DNA of 64,000 bases, from the NCBI GenBank assembly GCA_016188245.1, contig JACPIE010000040.1, positions 64,365 to 128,364 on the forward strand. The letters are read 5' to 3'. The notes under the pieces are model-generated. The model made no database searches and had not been told where the DNA came from. It worked only from the letters and a program-made list of their open reading frames with translations. The translations under genes and the position numbers were made by a program. Shown piece after piece: positions 1 through 8,469 of this stretch (positions within the stretch are counted from its first letter, which is position 1; each line of letters opens with the position of its first letter). The DNA comes from Candidatus Woesearchaeota archaeon (GTDB taxonomy: Archaea > Nanobdellota > Nanobdellia > Woesearchaeales > GW2011-AR4).

Positions 1-364
1 TCTTATTCGCCCTAGAATACTTGCCCGGTTTTACGTACGGCTCGTTTTGGCATGAGATTATATAACGGAATCCGCAATCATCTGCTTGCAGGATTTGGAC
101 CTTCCATCCATATTTAAAAATATCCTTTCTCGGAACTTCCGCTCGCAATCTATGGGCCAAATAATTAATCATCACGGGATTGGTGTCGCTTGGTTCAGCG
201 CCTTGAGCATGCACAGGCGAATATCTTGGGCCTGCAACTACTGATGCCAAGCCGCCTGCCAATGCAACGGCGCCTTTTAGAAATGCCCTCCTGCCGTCAT
301 GGTCGCTTTCAACAGATTTTGCACCGTAAATTTGCCCGCTTGCTGCCCTGTATGGTTTATCCAT
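1..364 (-). CDS. Partial CDS (N-terminal part; 3' end beyond window edge): exported protein with twin-arginine (Tat) signal
   Basis: Minus-strand ATG at 362-364 with the frame open to position 1. My translation MDKPYRAASGQIYGAKSVESDHDGRRAFLKGAVALAGGLASVVAG... shows RRxFLK followed by a hydrophobic stretch. Not in the ORF track because there is no stop in the window. Confidence 0.5.
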   Translation of the reverse strand, partial: MDKPYRAASGQIYGAKSVESDHDGRRAFLKGAVALAGGLASVVAGPRYSPVHAQGAEPSDTNPVMINYLAHRLRAEVPRKDIFKYGWKVQILQADDCGFRYIISCQNEPYVKPGKYSRANK

Positions 365-543
365 TCTAACGCCCCCTTAGTTTTAGTTAACAAGCATAGG
401 TTTGTTCACCTAAGCAATATTATTTCTAGAAAAAGCAGGGCATGTGCCTAAATTAAATTTTGCAATATATCATATTAACCGATATGCATAATATCCATTT
501 TTGTTTTAATGCAAGGTTGCCAGAATACAATTTAAAGGTTGCC

Positions 544-1146
544 TCATGCAACGCACTTGTCAGCTTCAAAGCCCTTGGCTTTTGCTTCGTCTTCGGAGCC
601 GAACCAAAGCTGGTTTTCCAAGCTTATTCTCTTGGCCCAGTCGCATTTTGCAATATGGTATTTGCCTGCCTTTTTGCTGGCAATGTATCTGCCGGGAGTA
701 AACTCCCCGGATATTGCAGATTCTTCAGATTTTTCAGGCTCCATCTTGTCAAGGTGCTGGTAGTACCGGGTTGGACTGCCTTGCCTTTCAGTGCCTTTTC
801 CAGGCTTTGTTGATTTCAGGCTTAGCAGCGCAATCGCGAGCCCAATCGCAGAAAAAATCACCACAGTCAAATGCTCCGTTTCAAATATTCCTGTAATCAG
901 GTAAATGAAAAGCATGTCTATCATCAGAAAAGCCAAAGCTGCCGCGATTATCGTCCAGCCCCATTGCTGATCATTGTATATTGCAAACATTGCAAAAATA
1001 AAAAGCGAGAATAATGCCAGCAGCAGCAGCAGCTCAACAACAAAAGCAAACCTGTGCAGGTCAAATACGGCAAAGATGAGCCCTATTGCCACAAAAAGAA
1101 GCACCAAATCCATAGTGAAAAAGCTGAGCGGCTTTTCCATGGTCAA
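544..1146 (-). CDS. Membrane protein (about 4 TM) with C-terminal Ada-like metal-binding-type motif
   Basis: 200-aa ORF with a hydrophobic N-terminal half. The C-terminus [37 protein letters not shown] resembles the YH..C....I...N...F.S..EA...G....C pattern. 4-nt overlap with the upstream aIF-1A gene. Confidence 0.6.
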   Translation of the reverse strand: MTMEKPLSFFTMDLVLLFVAIGLIFAVFDLHRFAFVVELLLLLALFSLFIFAMFAIYNDQQWGWTIIAAALAFLMIDMLFIYLITGIFETEHLTVVIFSAIGLAIALLSLKSTKPGKGTERQGSPTRYYQHLDKMEPEKSEESAISGEFTPGRYIASKKAGKYHIAKCDWAKRISLENQLWFGSEDEAKAKGFEADKCVA

Positions 1147-1487
1147 AACTCCTCAAACTCCTCCAGCTGCTTCAGATAGCCCTTCCTTTTCAGGAAGGAG
1201 GTCTGGGTCGGTGTGTATTTGTAGATTATATCCCCTTTTTCGTCTCCGGAGTATTCCCATGGCTCGACAATGACAATATCATTCTCCCTCACCCACAATT
1301 TTCTTGTCAGCCTGCCCGGGATTCTGCAGATTCTGGTTTTGCCGTCCAGGCATCTCACCCTCATTCTTGATGCCCCAAGCCTCTGCTCAATTATCCCGAA
1401 TGTTTCCGCATTTCTCGGAAGGTGAATCCGGGAAATTTCCTGCTGAATCTGCTCCTGCTTCTGCTGCTCTTCCTTCTTCTTGCTCAT
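1143..1487 (-). CDS. eif1a: Translation initiation factor aIF-1A (S1/OB fold)
   Basis: [50 protein letters not shown]...GDIIYKY is the typical aIF-1A core. Start chosen at internal MSKKKEE (1487); the ORF extends to 1529. Confidence 0.9.
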   Translation of the reverse strand: MSKKKEEQQKQEQIQQEISRIHLPRNAETFGIIEQRLGASRMRVRCLDGKTRICRIPGRLTRKLWVRENDIVIVEPWEYSGDEKGDIIYKYTPTQTSFLKRKGYLKQLEEFEEF

Positions 1488-1532
1488 GATACAGCTGGAT
1501 TCAGGCTGCTTTATATAACTTTCTGTCAAAGC

Positions 1533-1551
1533 GATACGCGTTTTTGAGCAT
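1533..1551 (+). repeat. Partial third copy of the hairpin-element left arm (GATACGCGTTTTTGAGCAT)
   Basis: Matches GATACGAAGCGTGTTTTTGAGCAT at 4846-4869; the hairpin part is absent. Confidence 0.4.
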
Positions 1552-1620
1552 CAAAACTGCAGCCCCAATAATAAAATTTAAATAGGAATTGAATTTTTAT
1601 TTGATAAAAAGAGGTTTGCA

Positions 1621-1884
1621 ATGGGCATCAAGCAGTTAAATGCGTTTCAGATTATCCCTTTGGTGATTGGGCTAGGCGCTACTTTTTTTGGATTTAAGCT
1701 TATAAAGGAAGTATACCTCATCAACAACAGCCAGATAAGCTGGCTTTTTGTGCTCGCTGTTTTCAACTGGCTCAGCCTGATTGTACTGCTCATATTCCTC
1801 AGCCTTATTCTGGATGCTTCAAAGAAAGGGCTCGGCAAGCTCGATGTGGTGATATACCTTCTTTCGCGCGGCAAAAAAAAGTAA
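1621..1884 (+). CDS. Small 2-TM membrane protein, tandem paralog 1
   Basis: 87 aa, colinear with the 87-aa neighbour (e.g. SWLFVLAVFNWLSLIVLLIFLSLILD vs SWLMIIAIFSWLTLMILFILLSLIVD). AT-rich upstream region. Confidence 0.6.
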   Translation: MGIKQLNAFQIIPLVIGLGATFFGFKLIKEVYLINNSQISWLFVLAVFNWLSLIVLLIFLSLILDASKKGLGKLDVVIYLLSRGKKK

Positions 1885-1933
1885 AGTGCTGCCAAATAAT
1901 AAAGTTTAAATACATCGGAGGCATTGGATTGCT

Positions 1934-2197
1934 ATGGCGCAGGACAGGATCAATGTGTTTGAAGTTGTTCTTTTGATGGTGGGGGTCGGCGCTGCCGTAA
2001 TGGGCTTTCACCTCATTAATTCCGTTTATAATGCCGAGAGCGGGCAGCTGAGCTGGCTCATGATTATAGCAATCTTCAGCTGGCTTACTTTGATGATTCT
2101 GTTCATACTTTTAAGCCTGATTGTGGATCTGGCCAAGAGGGAACTTAGGGAGATAAAGACAATGATTTTTCTGCTTTCTGAGAATAAGAAAAAATAA
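1934..2197 (+). CDS. Small 2-TM membrane protein, tandem paralog 2
   Basis: Same length and architecture as 1621-1884; both end in a K-rich tail. Confidence 0.6.
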   Translation: MAQDRINVFEVVLLMVGVGAAVMGFHLINSVYNAESGQLSWLMIIAIFSWLTLMILFILLSLIVDLAKRELREIKTMIFLLSENKKK

Positions 2198-2241
2198 GGT
2201 CAGCCTGCTTTTTCTATATTGGAGACTCTATTGTTTAAGTT

Positions 2242-2290
2242 TCATTACTCCCCCATAGTAAATAACCGAAAGATTTATAAAGGGCAAAAA
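2242..2290 (+). promoter_or_regulatory. Recurrent promoter block, copy a (divergent): ...CATAGTAAATAACCGAAAGATTTATAAAGGGCA...
   Basis: Shares the core ATAGTAAATAACCGAAAGATTTATAAAGGGCA with copies at 3498, 6531 and 8833. CGAAAG + TTTATAAA fits archaeal BRE/TATA. Confidence 0.7.
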
Positions 2291-2331
2291 TAGAAATATT
2301 TAAATATAACGTAATCTTATTGAGGGTTATA

Positions 2332-2988
2332 ATGGTAAAATTACAGGTACTGAGGCACGAAACTGTGAAGAGGATATTCGGCAAAGTTGAGATTGAGACC
2401 ATAATCAAGAAAATGGAAGGAAGAAAACTCAAGCAGACAGAAAGAAATTATCTATACAGGTCAATAAGGCCAAAGCTTGTAGCTGCAAGCATGCTGTCAC
2501 AAGAAAGCATATTAAATGAGATAAATAAAGACAATAGAGAGGATACTTTCGCAGTCGAATGCAATCTTTTTCACTATGGTTATGAAATGATTTCTCTAAA
2601 AAAGAAAAAGGGAAAGGTAATTCCCATAGAAGAGCTGATAGTCAGAATACTTGTCAAATTGCCTATAGCAAGATTTATAGAAGCGATTCCAATCATAATA
2701 ATCAAAAACCACATAGATAAGTTTAGGCTGCTTGAGCTTGCGTCTAGCTATGGCATAAAGAACAAGGTAGGGTATCTTTTGGAAACTGCATTTATGATCA
2801 GGCATATGAACTACCTCACAGACTTGCTTTCATACCTTGATTCAAACAAGGACAATGAGGTGTCATTTTTAGTTGAAGGAGATTATGAATTTTTGTTTAA
2901 GGAGTCCCCTCAAAGAATCAAAAAATGGAGGCTGCTTGGAAGGTTTTTTGATGATGATTTTATCAGAAATGCAAAGGCGTACCTATGA
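2332..2988 (+). CDS. Hypothetical protein, upstream partner of a nucleotidyltransferase (AbiEi-like position)
   Basis: ORF 2320-2988; first ATG at 2332. ATGA overlap with the downstream NTase gene. No motif recognised. Confidence 0.5.
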   Translation: MVKLQVLRHETVKRIFGKVEIETIIKKMEGRKLKQTERNYLYRSIRPKLVAASMLSQESILNEINKDNREDTFAVECNLFHYGYEMISLKKKKGKVIPIEELIVRILVKLPIARFIEAIPIIIIKNHIDKFRLLELASSYGIKNKVGYLLETAFMIRHMNYLTDLLSYLDSNKDNEVSFLVEGDYEFLFKESPQRIKKWRLLGRFFDDDFIRNAKAYL

Positions 2989-3485
2989 TTGATAAAAATG
3001 AGCTGGTGAAATGGCTGAAGTCCATTGACAAGAAGCTTAACAGAAAAATAAGTTTAATAGCAGTAGGGGGCACAGCAATGACTTTACTTAGCCTCAAATC
3101 TTCCACCAGAGATGTGGATTTTTGCATAAAGTCAAATGAGAAAAATGATTTTGAGAAATCTTTGGATAAGAGGTTTAAGGTTGACATTTTTACTGACGGC
3201 TATATTTTTTCTGAGCAGCTGCCCTCTGATTATTTTGAAAAGTCAAAAACTATTGTGGAGATGAAAAACATTGCTTTGAAGGCCCTCCATCCAGTTGATA
3301 TAATAATAACAAAGGCGGCAAGGTTCAATGCAAGGGACGAAGAAGACATTAAAGCACTTTCCAAGTACGTTGACAGGAAAGAGCTGGTAAAAAGGTTTGA
3401 TGAGGTTTTGAAGTCATATTCCGGCAAAGAGGAAGATTACAAATACCACTTTAAGGTTATTTTGAAGAGATTTTTCGATGCTTAA
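2985..3485 (+). CDS. Nucleotidyltransferase-fold protein (minimal NTase, AbiEii/DUF6036-like)
   Basis: IAVGGTAMTLLSLKSSTRDVDF matches the G[GS]x9-13 D.D NTase signature. Translationally coupled to 2332-2988. Confidence 0.65.
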   Translation: MIDKNELVKWLKSIDKKLNRKISLIAVGGTAMTLLSLKSSTRDVDFCIKSNEKNDFEKSLDKRFKVDIFTDGYIFSEQLPSDYFEKSKTIVEMKNIALKALHPVDIIITKAARFNARDEEDIKALSKYVDRKELVKRFDEVLKSYSGKEEDYKYHFKVILKRFFDA

Positions 3486-3497
3486 CTTTCCTTCTTT

Positions 3498-3552
3498 TCA
3501 TCACTCCTTCATAGTAAATAACCGAAAGATTTATAAAGGGCAGAAACAATGG
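3498..3552 (+). promoter_or_regulatory. Recurrent promoter block, copy b
   Basis: TCATCACTCCTTCATAGTAAATAACCGAAAGATTTATAAAGGGCAGAAACAATGG. The TATA (3530-3537) ends about 25 nt before ATG 3563. Confidence 0.75.
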
Positions 3553-3562
3553 CTTTGGAATA

Positions 3563-4687
3563 ATGGGGAGATTGGAAGAGATGGTCAGGATAGCTGTTCC
3601 TGTTGGAAGCAGCTTTGAGGGTAGTGGAGCTGAGGCAGTGCAAAAAGCAGATGCTCAACAAAAAGGCATGACGAGAAGAGGTTTTCTTAGAGGGGGGATT
3701 GCATTGGGAGGCACAGTTGCTTTGACAGCTGCATTAGGAGACCATCAAACAGTTTATGCCAAGCAGCCTCTGCCAGTTTTAGAGCCAAATTTTGAATCGA
3801 TAAATGATGAGTTAGTGCAGACAATTGCGCAGATATTACACGAAAGGCTTATGGTAAGGACAAGCATGGCAACTTGGAAAAGAGAGGATTATCAAGCAGC
3901 CCGTTCCAAATTAAGAGGGTATGGGATTGAGCTGGAAGAAGTGCTGTTTGGCTATCCCCCAAACCTCAATAAGTATTTGATTCCAAGAAGATATTATGTA
4001 AGCGCATTGAACTTTCCTCCCATGGTAATAAAAATTTTTCCAATAATGGAAGCTAGAGACTTTAACAGTTTTGTTGATGGCGGAGGCAATACAAGAAGTG
4101 ATGTATTCGGATTCAAGTTTGGAGCCTATACCCAATGCTTGTTGGATTATGAGGCTTACTCTTCTCATAAAGTTGCTCCTTGGGGATCAGAGGGCAAGTT
4201 GGATGGAATCGGGAATGTTGTTGGTGTGCCTTATAAGCATATCCAAGGCATTTTTCGTAATAGGCCGGAGTTAGCTGACTTGGATGCTGAAGCATTAACT
4301 ATGCATGAAATTGGACATTCAATCTTCCGAACACCTTATGAGGATATAGCAACTATGGTTGAGTTAGGATATAAAAAAGAGAAAAGTCCACCAATAAGAA
4401 GTGTAGATGACTTACACAACTATCTTAAGACTAGACGACTTACTCAAAGCAAATTCGATAGAGTTCAATTGGATATATTGTTTCATGGCAATTTTACGCA
4501 CGGGGCGACCATAAGGGCTCTAAAACAAATCGCTGGAGATTTGCAACATACTTCCATGGAACTTAATAAGATTGACAGAAGGAGGTATCCTACAGACGTT
4601 ATGCAAATTTCAGACCAACAATTACATGCAACTATGGAATTGCTTTTCAATAGGACTAATATAAGCGCGCAGTATAGCTATAGGTAA
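3563..4687 (+). CDS. Tat-signal exported protein with HExxH zinc-metallopeptidase-like motif (family unrecognised)
   Basis: MTRRGFLRGGIALGGTVALTAALG is a Tat-type signal. TMHEIGHSIF is the HExxH motif. Paralog of 8894-10078. Confidence 0.7.
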   Translation: MGRLEEMVRIAVPVGSSFEGSGAEAVQKADAQQKGMTRRGFLRGGIALGGTVALTAALGDHQTVYAKQPLPVLEPNFESINDELVQTIAQILHERLMVRTSMATWKREDYQAARSKLRGYGIELEEVLFGYPPNLNKYLIPRRYYVSALNFPPMVIKIFPIMEARDFNSFVDGGGNTRSDVFGFKFGAYTQCLLDYEAYSSHKVAPWGSEGKLDGIGNVVGVPYKHIQGIFRNRPELADLDAEALTMHEIGHSIFRTPYEDIATMVELGYKKEKSPPIRSVDDLHNYLKTRRLTQSKFDRVQLDILFHGNFTHGATIRALKQIAGDLQHTSMELNKIDRRRYPTDVMQISDQQLHATMELLFNRTNISAQYSYR

Positions 4688-4766
4688 CTCATTTCTTTTG
4701 ATTTTTTTTTAACATTCTTAATTATGAAATTTTCTATCAAGTGTCTTTTCAAAATTTTCTCTCAAG

Positions 4767-4967
4767 CGAAAAGCTTATTAATGACTTCCTGCAGTTTCTG
4801 ATTAAAAGAGAGGTATTTTTAAATATGTCAAAAACACCCCACACTGATACGAAGCGTGTTTTTGAGCATGCCCGGAAATCTTGGGTTTCCGGCATGTCAA
4901 AAAAAGAGGCAGTGTTAGTAATAATCCTAGTTATAATTGCCCTACTTGCAAGTGTCTCTTATGCTGC
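4767..4967 (+). repeat. Segmental duplicate (copy A) of the giant-gene promoter plus signal-peptide region
   Basis: Aligns by eye with 10117-10247 (CGAAAAGCTTATTAATGAC...GGTATTTTTAAATATGTCAAAAA...AAGAGGCAGTGTTAGTAATAATCCTAGTTATAATTGCCCTACTTGCA.GTGTCTCTTATGCTGC), apart from a 69-bp insertion. Confidence 0.85.
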
Positions 4968-5004
4968 AAAGCCTCAAAATATGAATGTAAGCATTCTTTA
5001 TTAA
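4825..5004 (+). pseudogene. Truncated remnant of a giant-secreted-protein paralog (signal peptide only, with an in-frame insertion)
   Basis: Encodes MSKTPHTDTKRVFEHARKSWVSG-MSKKEAVLVIILVIIALLASVSYAAKPQNMNVSILY*. The second half is almost identical to the N-terminus of 10174-16275, then stops 11 codons after the SYAA cleavage-like site. Confidence 0.6.
4835..4893 (+). mobile_element. 59-nt hairpin-bearing miniature insertion flanked by direct repeat ATGTCAAAAA
   Basis: Absent from the paralogous site at 10174-10183. Flanked by ATGTCAAAAA at 4825-4834 and 4894-4903. Contains hairpin CATGC-CCGGAAA/TCTTGGG/TTTCCGG-CATG (4867-4896). A related copy lies inverted at 26191-26231. Confidence 0.55.
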
Positions 5005-5063
5005 ACCCTTGATTTACTTACATGTAACTAACATTTATATATAAGTTATGATACTTATACTCT

Positions 5064-5633
5064 ATGCGAGGCGACAAGAGGGAAAGAATACTAAGAGTAA
5101 TGCTCAGCAGCAAGGAAGCATTGAGCAAGAACGAGCTCTCAAAAAGGGCAGAGTGCACCAGGCAGTGGATTATTCTTTTCCTGAAGGAATTAGAGAAAAA
5201 GAAGCTGGTAAACGGAACTACCCCAATAGACAGGAAAAAACTTCTGCAATATTGGATTAACATATCAAGAAGACCAAAAAAATACAAGAGTTATATGGTC
5301 AAAGAGCCATTAGAACTGCTTAAAAAAACTAAGCTAGATTATGCTCTGACAACTTATCAGGCAGAAAACATTGTACAGCATTATCTTTTTCCTTCAAGAG
5401 TGGACTTGTACATGAAGGAAAGTGATTTGGATAGTTGGCACAACCTTCTGACAAAAAATGGATTGTATGGGAAAGGAAATGTCAGAGTCATAATTGCCGA
5501 TGAGCATAGGAAGTATGGAAAAAGAATTATAAACGGGCTTTCAATAGTTTCAATGCCGCAGCTTATTGTTGATTTGACTAATGAAGGAGGCCCTTGTAAA
5601 GAAGCAGCTGAAATGCTTATGAAGAGGATTTAA
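5064..5633 (+). CDS. AbiEi-like protein (N-terminal winged-helix plus C-terminal domain), putative antitoxin/regulator
   Basis: The N-terminus RERILRVMLSSKEALSKNELSKRAECTRQWIILFLKELEKKKLV looks like a wHTH. Immediately followed (TAA-ATG) by an NTase gene, the AbiEi/AbiEii arrangement. Confidence 0.55.
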   Translation: MRGDKRERILRVMLSSKEALSKNELSKRAECTRQWIILFLKELEKKKLVNGTTPIDRKKLLQYWINISRRPKKYKSYMVKEPLELLKKTKLDYALTTYQAENIVQHYLFPSRVDLYMKESDLDSWHNLLTKNGLYGKGNVRVIIADEHRKYGKRIINGLSIVSMPQLIVDLTNEGGPCKEAAEMLMKRI

Positions 5634-6401
5634 ATGTATAAGGAATTTGAAACCAGAACATCATACAATTATTTGAAGGAAGTTATTAAGAACTTGAATG
5701 AGCCTATCTGCATACTAGGCGGCTGGGCTGTCTTCTTTCACGTCAATGAGAAATTTGAGAAAGCCCAAGGCAGGCCATATTTGGGCAGCAGGGACATTGA
5801 CTTGGGATTTAACATCAGCGGAGATTTAAAGCAGTCTGCTTTATCTCAAGCAATATCCATATTGACAAAAAATCTCAATTTTAAGCCATTAAGCTTCAGG
5901 TTGGTGAAAGAAATACACACAGAAACAGAAGAAGAGATTAAAAATGGAGAAATTGTGCAAGCCCACTTTGTTTTTCCAATGTATGTTGACCTGATAGTTG
6001 ATTCAATCCCAAGGGATTTTAGGGAAATATTTGGATTTAGCCCCATTGATGAGCCATTGCTTAAAACCGTATTCGAGAAAAAAGAGTTTGTAATTATAAA
6101 AAAATTTGGAAATAAGCTGCTTCTTCCAAAGATAGGTGTCCTTTTGGCAATGAAAGCAAGCTCAATTCCAAACAGGGATAGGGAGCATAAAAAGATAAAA
6201 GACATTTGTGATATGTTTGCATTGGCATGGTATTCGGATATCAAACTTGCGAATGTTAATCTTACAAAATATGTTTCTAAAAATAACCTTAAGAAATGCC
6301 TAAAATCAATAACACAAGATGGCCTTGAAAAATCAGCTGCTCAGATAGGGCATGACAAGGAAGAGCTAAAAAGGATTATTAATCTTATCTGTAAAAAGTA
6401 A
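5634..6401 (+). CDS. Nucleotidyltransferase (AbiEii-like toxin-type NTase)
   Basis: ILGGWAVFFHVNEKFEKAQGRPYLGSRDIDLGF gives the GG...S.D.D NTase motif. Adjacent to the AbiEi-like gene. Confidence 0.6.
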   Translation: MYKEFETRTSYNYLKEVIKNLNEPICILGGWAVFFHVNEKFEKAQGRPYLGSRDIDLGFNISGDLKQSALSQAISILTKNLNFKPLSFRLVKEIHTETEEEIKNGEIVQAHFVFPMYVDLIVDSIPRDFREIFGFSPIDEPLLKTVFEKKEFVIIKKFGNKLLLPKIGVLLAMKASSIPNRDREHKKIKDICDMFALAWYSDIKLANVNLTKYVSKNNLKKCLKSITQDGLEKSAAQIGHDKEELKRIINLICKK

Positions 6402-6530
6402 TAAAAAATTCATTCTTTTTATGCAGCTTTATTTTTTCTTGGGCTTGCCTGTTAAAGAAATAATAGCGGGTTTTACCAGCATTGGTTTATGATTATGCAG
6501 CAAAGCAAAAATTCTTTAGAGATATATTAT

Positions 6531-6584
6531 TCATCACTCCTGCATAGTAAATAACCGAAAGATTTATAAAGGGCAGAAACAATG
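6531..6584 (+). promoter_or_regulatory. Recurrent promoter block, copy c
   Basis: TCATCACTCCTGCATAGTAAATAACCGAAAGATTTATAAAGGGCAGAAACAATG, near-identical to copies b and d. Confidence 0.75.
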
Positions 6585-6595
6585 ATATTGGAAGT

Positions 6596-6634
6596 ATGGG
6601 GCTGGAAGGGTTGGTTTGGCAAGAAGATTTCTGA
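6596..6634 (+). pseudogene. 12-codon remnant of the Tat-protein family leader (MGLEGLVWQEDF*)
   Basis: Same spacing from promoter block c as the MGRLEEMVRIAVPVGSS / MQRLEDMLKMALPVGSS starts of 3563 and 8894. Nucleotide similarity ATGGGG..TGGAAG, then a stop. Confidence 0.4.
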
Positions 6635-6716
6635 TGGATCTGGAATAGATTAACCACAAAATTTATATATAAGTGCCTACTTTTATTACTAAAATGGTAA
6701 TTTCAGCAGGGGTAAA

Positions 6717-7964
6717 ATGTACTTAAAAAGATTTTTAGAAGAGGATATTAAAAAATACATTAAAAAACGGGAAATAATAGCTATCATAGGCCCAAGGCAA
6801 TCGGGAAAAACCACGCTTCTCGGGCATTTTTATGAAAACCTCAAAAATGCAGTTTTTCTGGATTTTGAAGACAGGGAAACATTAGAGCTGTTTAGCGAAG
6901 ACATTCATTCATTTATTGAGCTGTATGTAAAAAAGCATGACTATGTGTTTATAGACGAGTTCCAATATGCCAAAGAAGGCGGCAAAAACTTAAAGTATAT
7001 TTATGACAACTTCAAAGCTAAAATCATTATATCGGGGTCATCTGCAAGCGAGTTGTCAATACAAAGCATAAAATTTCTTGTTGGAAGGATATTTGTTTTC
7101 ACGCTGTATCCATTCTCATTTGAAGAGTACCTCAGCTGCAAAAATATCGGCTTGTATAATCTTATGAGAATCGGAAAATTAACGCGTCCATTGATAGGGA
7201 GAGTCATGCCTTATTTTAATGAATTTTGTATATACGGAGGCTATCCTAGGGTAATCTTATCCAAAGATAAGCCAGAAAAGGAGATTGTATTAAAAAACAT
7301 CTACAACACCTATTTCCTTAAGGAGATAAAAGAGATCTTAAATCTGCCAGATGACTACAAGTTAAGCAGGTTGATACACGCATTGGCTCTTCAGGTAGGG
7401 AATATTGTGAATTACAAAGAGCTTGCCGACATTACTGGGTTTAACTACAAAGATTTGTTAAGATACCTTAATGTTCTTGAAAAGACATTCATCTTAACAA
7501 GAAGCCTGCCTTTCCATACAAACAAGAGAACAGAGCTCGTAAAGTCGCCAAAATCATTTTTTTTGGATTCCGGATTCAGGAATATTGCCATAAAAAATTT
7601 TCAGCCGGTTGAAAATAGGCCTGACAAAGGGAGCCTTTATGAGAATTTTGTAGCTTCCGAACTGGTGAAATCCGGCATCGGGCTTAAATACTGGCGCACA
7701 AAATCAATGGCTGAAGTTGATTTTGTGATAGAAAGAAATAACAGAATTATGCCTGTTGAAATTAAATCCAGCCTTATCAAGCCCAAGTTTACAAAATCAT
7801 TTTTAAGTTTCCTTGAAAAATATAAGCCCGCAAAATCATTCATATTATCTGAAAGGCTGTTTGCAGAAAAAAATAAAACTAAGTTCCTTCCAATATTTTA
7901 CATTGGGATTTTGGATAAAGGCATGCCAAAGTACAAGGCATTGGCAAGCAGCATCCAGGCATAA
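6717..7964 (+). CDS. AAA-superfamily ATPase (AAA_14 + DUF4143-type, COG1373-like)
   Basis: Walker A IIGPRQSGKTTL and Walker B-like YVFIDEFQY. Length and C-terminal EVDFVIE (restriction-endonuclease-like fold motif) are typical of this family. Confidence 0.8.
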   Translation: MYLKRFLEEDIKKYIKKREIIAIIGPRQSGKTTLLGHFYENLKNAVFLDFEDRETLELFSEDIHSFIELYVKKHDYVFIDEFQYAKEGGKNLKYIYDNFKAKIIISGSSASELSIQSIKFLVGRIFVFTLYPFSFEEYLSCKNIGLYNLMRIGKLTRPLIGRVMPYFNEFCIYGGYPRVILSKDKPEKEIVLKNIYNTYFLKEIKEILNLPDDYKLSRLIHALALQVGNIVNYKELADITGFNYKDLLRYLNVLEKTFILTRSLPFHTNKRTELVKSPKSFFLDSGFRNIAIKNFQPVENRPDKGSLYENFVASELVKSGIGLKYWRTKSMAEVDFVIERNNRIMPVEIKSSLIKPKFTKSFLSFLEKYKPAKSFILSERLFAEKNKTKFLPIFYIGILDKGMPKYKALASSIQA

Positions 7965-8004
7965 ATGTTGGAAATTTAGAGAAGCCATAAATTCCGCAAA
8001 AAAA

Positions 8005-8469
8005 TTATTTCAGCTTGGAAATCAAGATAGAATATTCTGTTGAAGAAATGTAATAACCTATTTCAATGAGTTGGCTTAAAATTTTAAGCACTTCAGGTTC
8101 AGTTATGATTCTTTTTTTCATAGCTGCAAAAATAACCGTTGTTGTCCTTACTGCGTTAATGCCAAATGCTTTGGCAGCTTTTATAGCAACGGCATCATCG
8201 AGTATAATGCCGTCTTTCTTCTCGATAGCGAGGTTGATTGCTTGCTCCTCTCCTGCTCCAAGCCCGATTTTAGTTTTTCTTTTTGGGTTGATTACCTTCA
8301 GCCATCCGCCCTTAATGGCATTGTATATGCTTATATATCCATCCTTATCTTCTATAAGCACTTCCTCCTTTACAGCAGGAGGGATAAGTATAATCTTGTA
8401 TACTTTCTTAAGCAAGTCAAGCTTGCTTATCCTGCTCAAGCAAATCAGCGCTGTTGCATCTGATATCAA
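8005..8469 (-). CDS. PIN-like nucleic-acid-binding protein (DUF3368/COG2405-type), putative toxin
   Basis: MISDATALICLSRI...ILDDAVAIKAAKAFGI pattern. TTGA overlap with the upstream UPF0175-like gene. Alternative (TTG) start. Confidence 0.65.
   Translation of the reverse strand: MISDATALICLSRISKLDLLKKVYKIILIPPAVKEEVLIEDKDGYISIYNAIKGGWLKVINPKRKTKIGLGAGEEQAINLAIEKKDGIILDDAVAIKAAKAFGINAVRTTTVIFAAMKKRIITEPEVLKILSQLIEIGYYISSTEYSILISKLK

Noticed and set aside
460-896. Plus-strand ORFs (117, 74 and 60 aa) overlapping 544-1146
   Set aside because: They lie opposite a better-supported minus-strand membrane-protein gene that is translationally coupled to aIF-1A, and they have no motifs.
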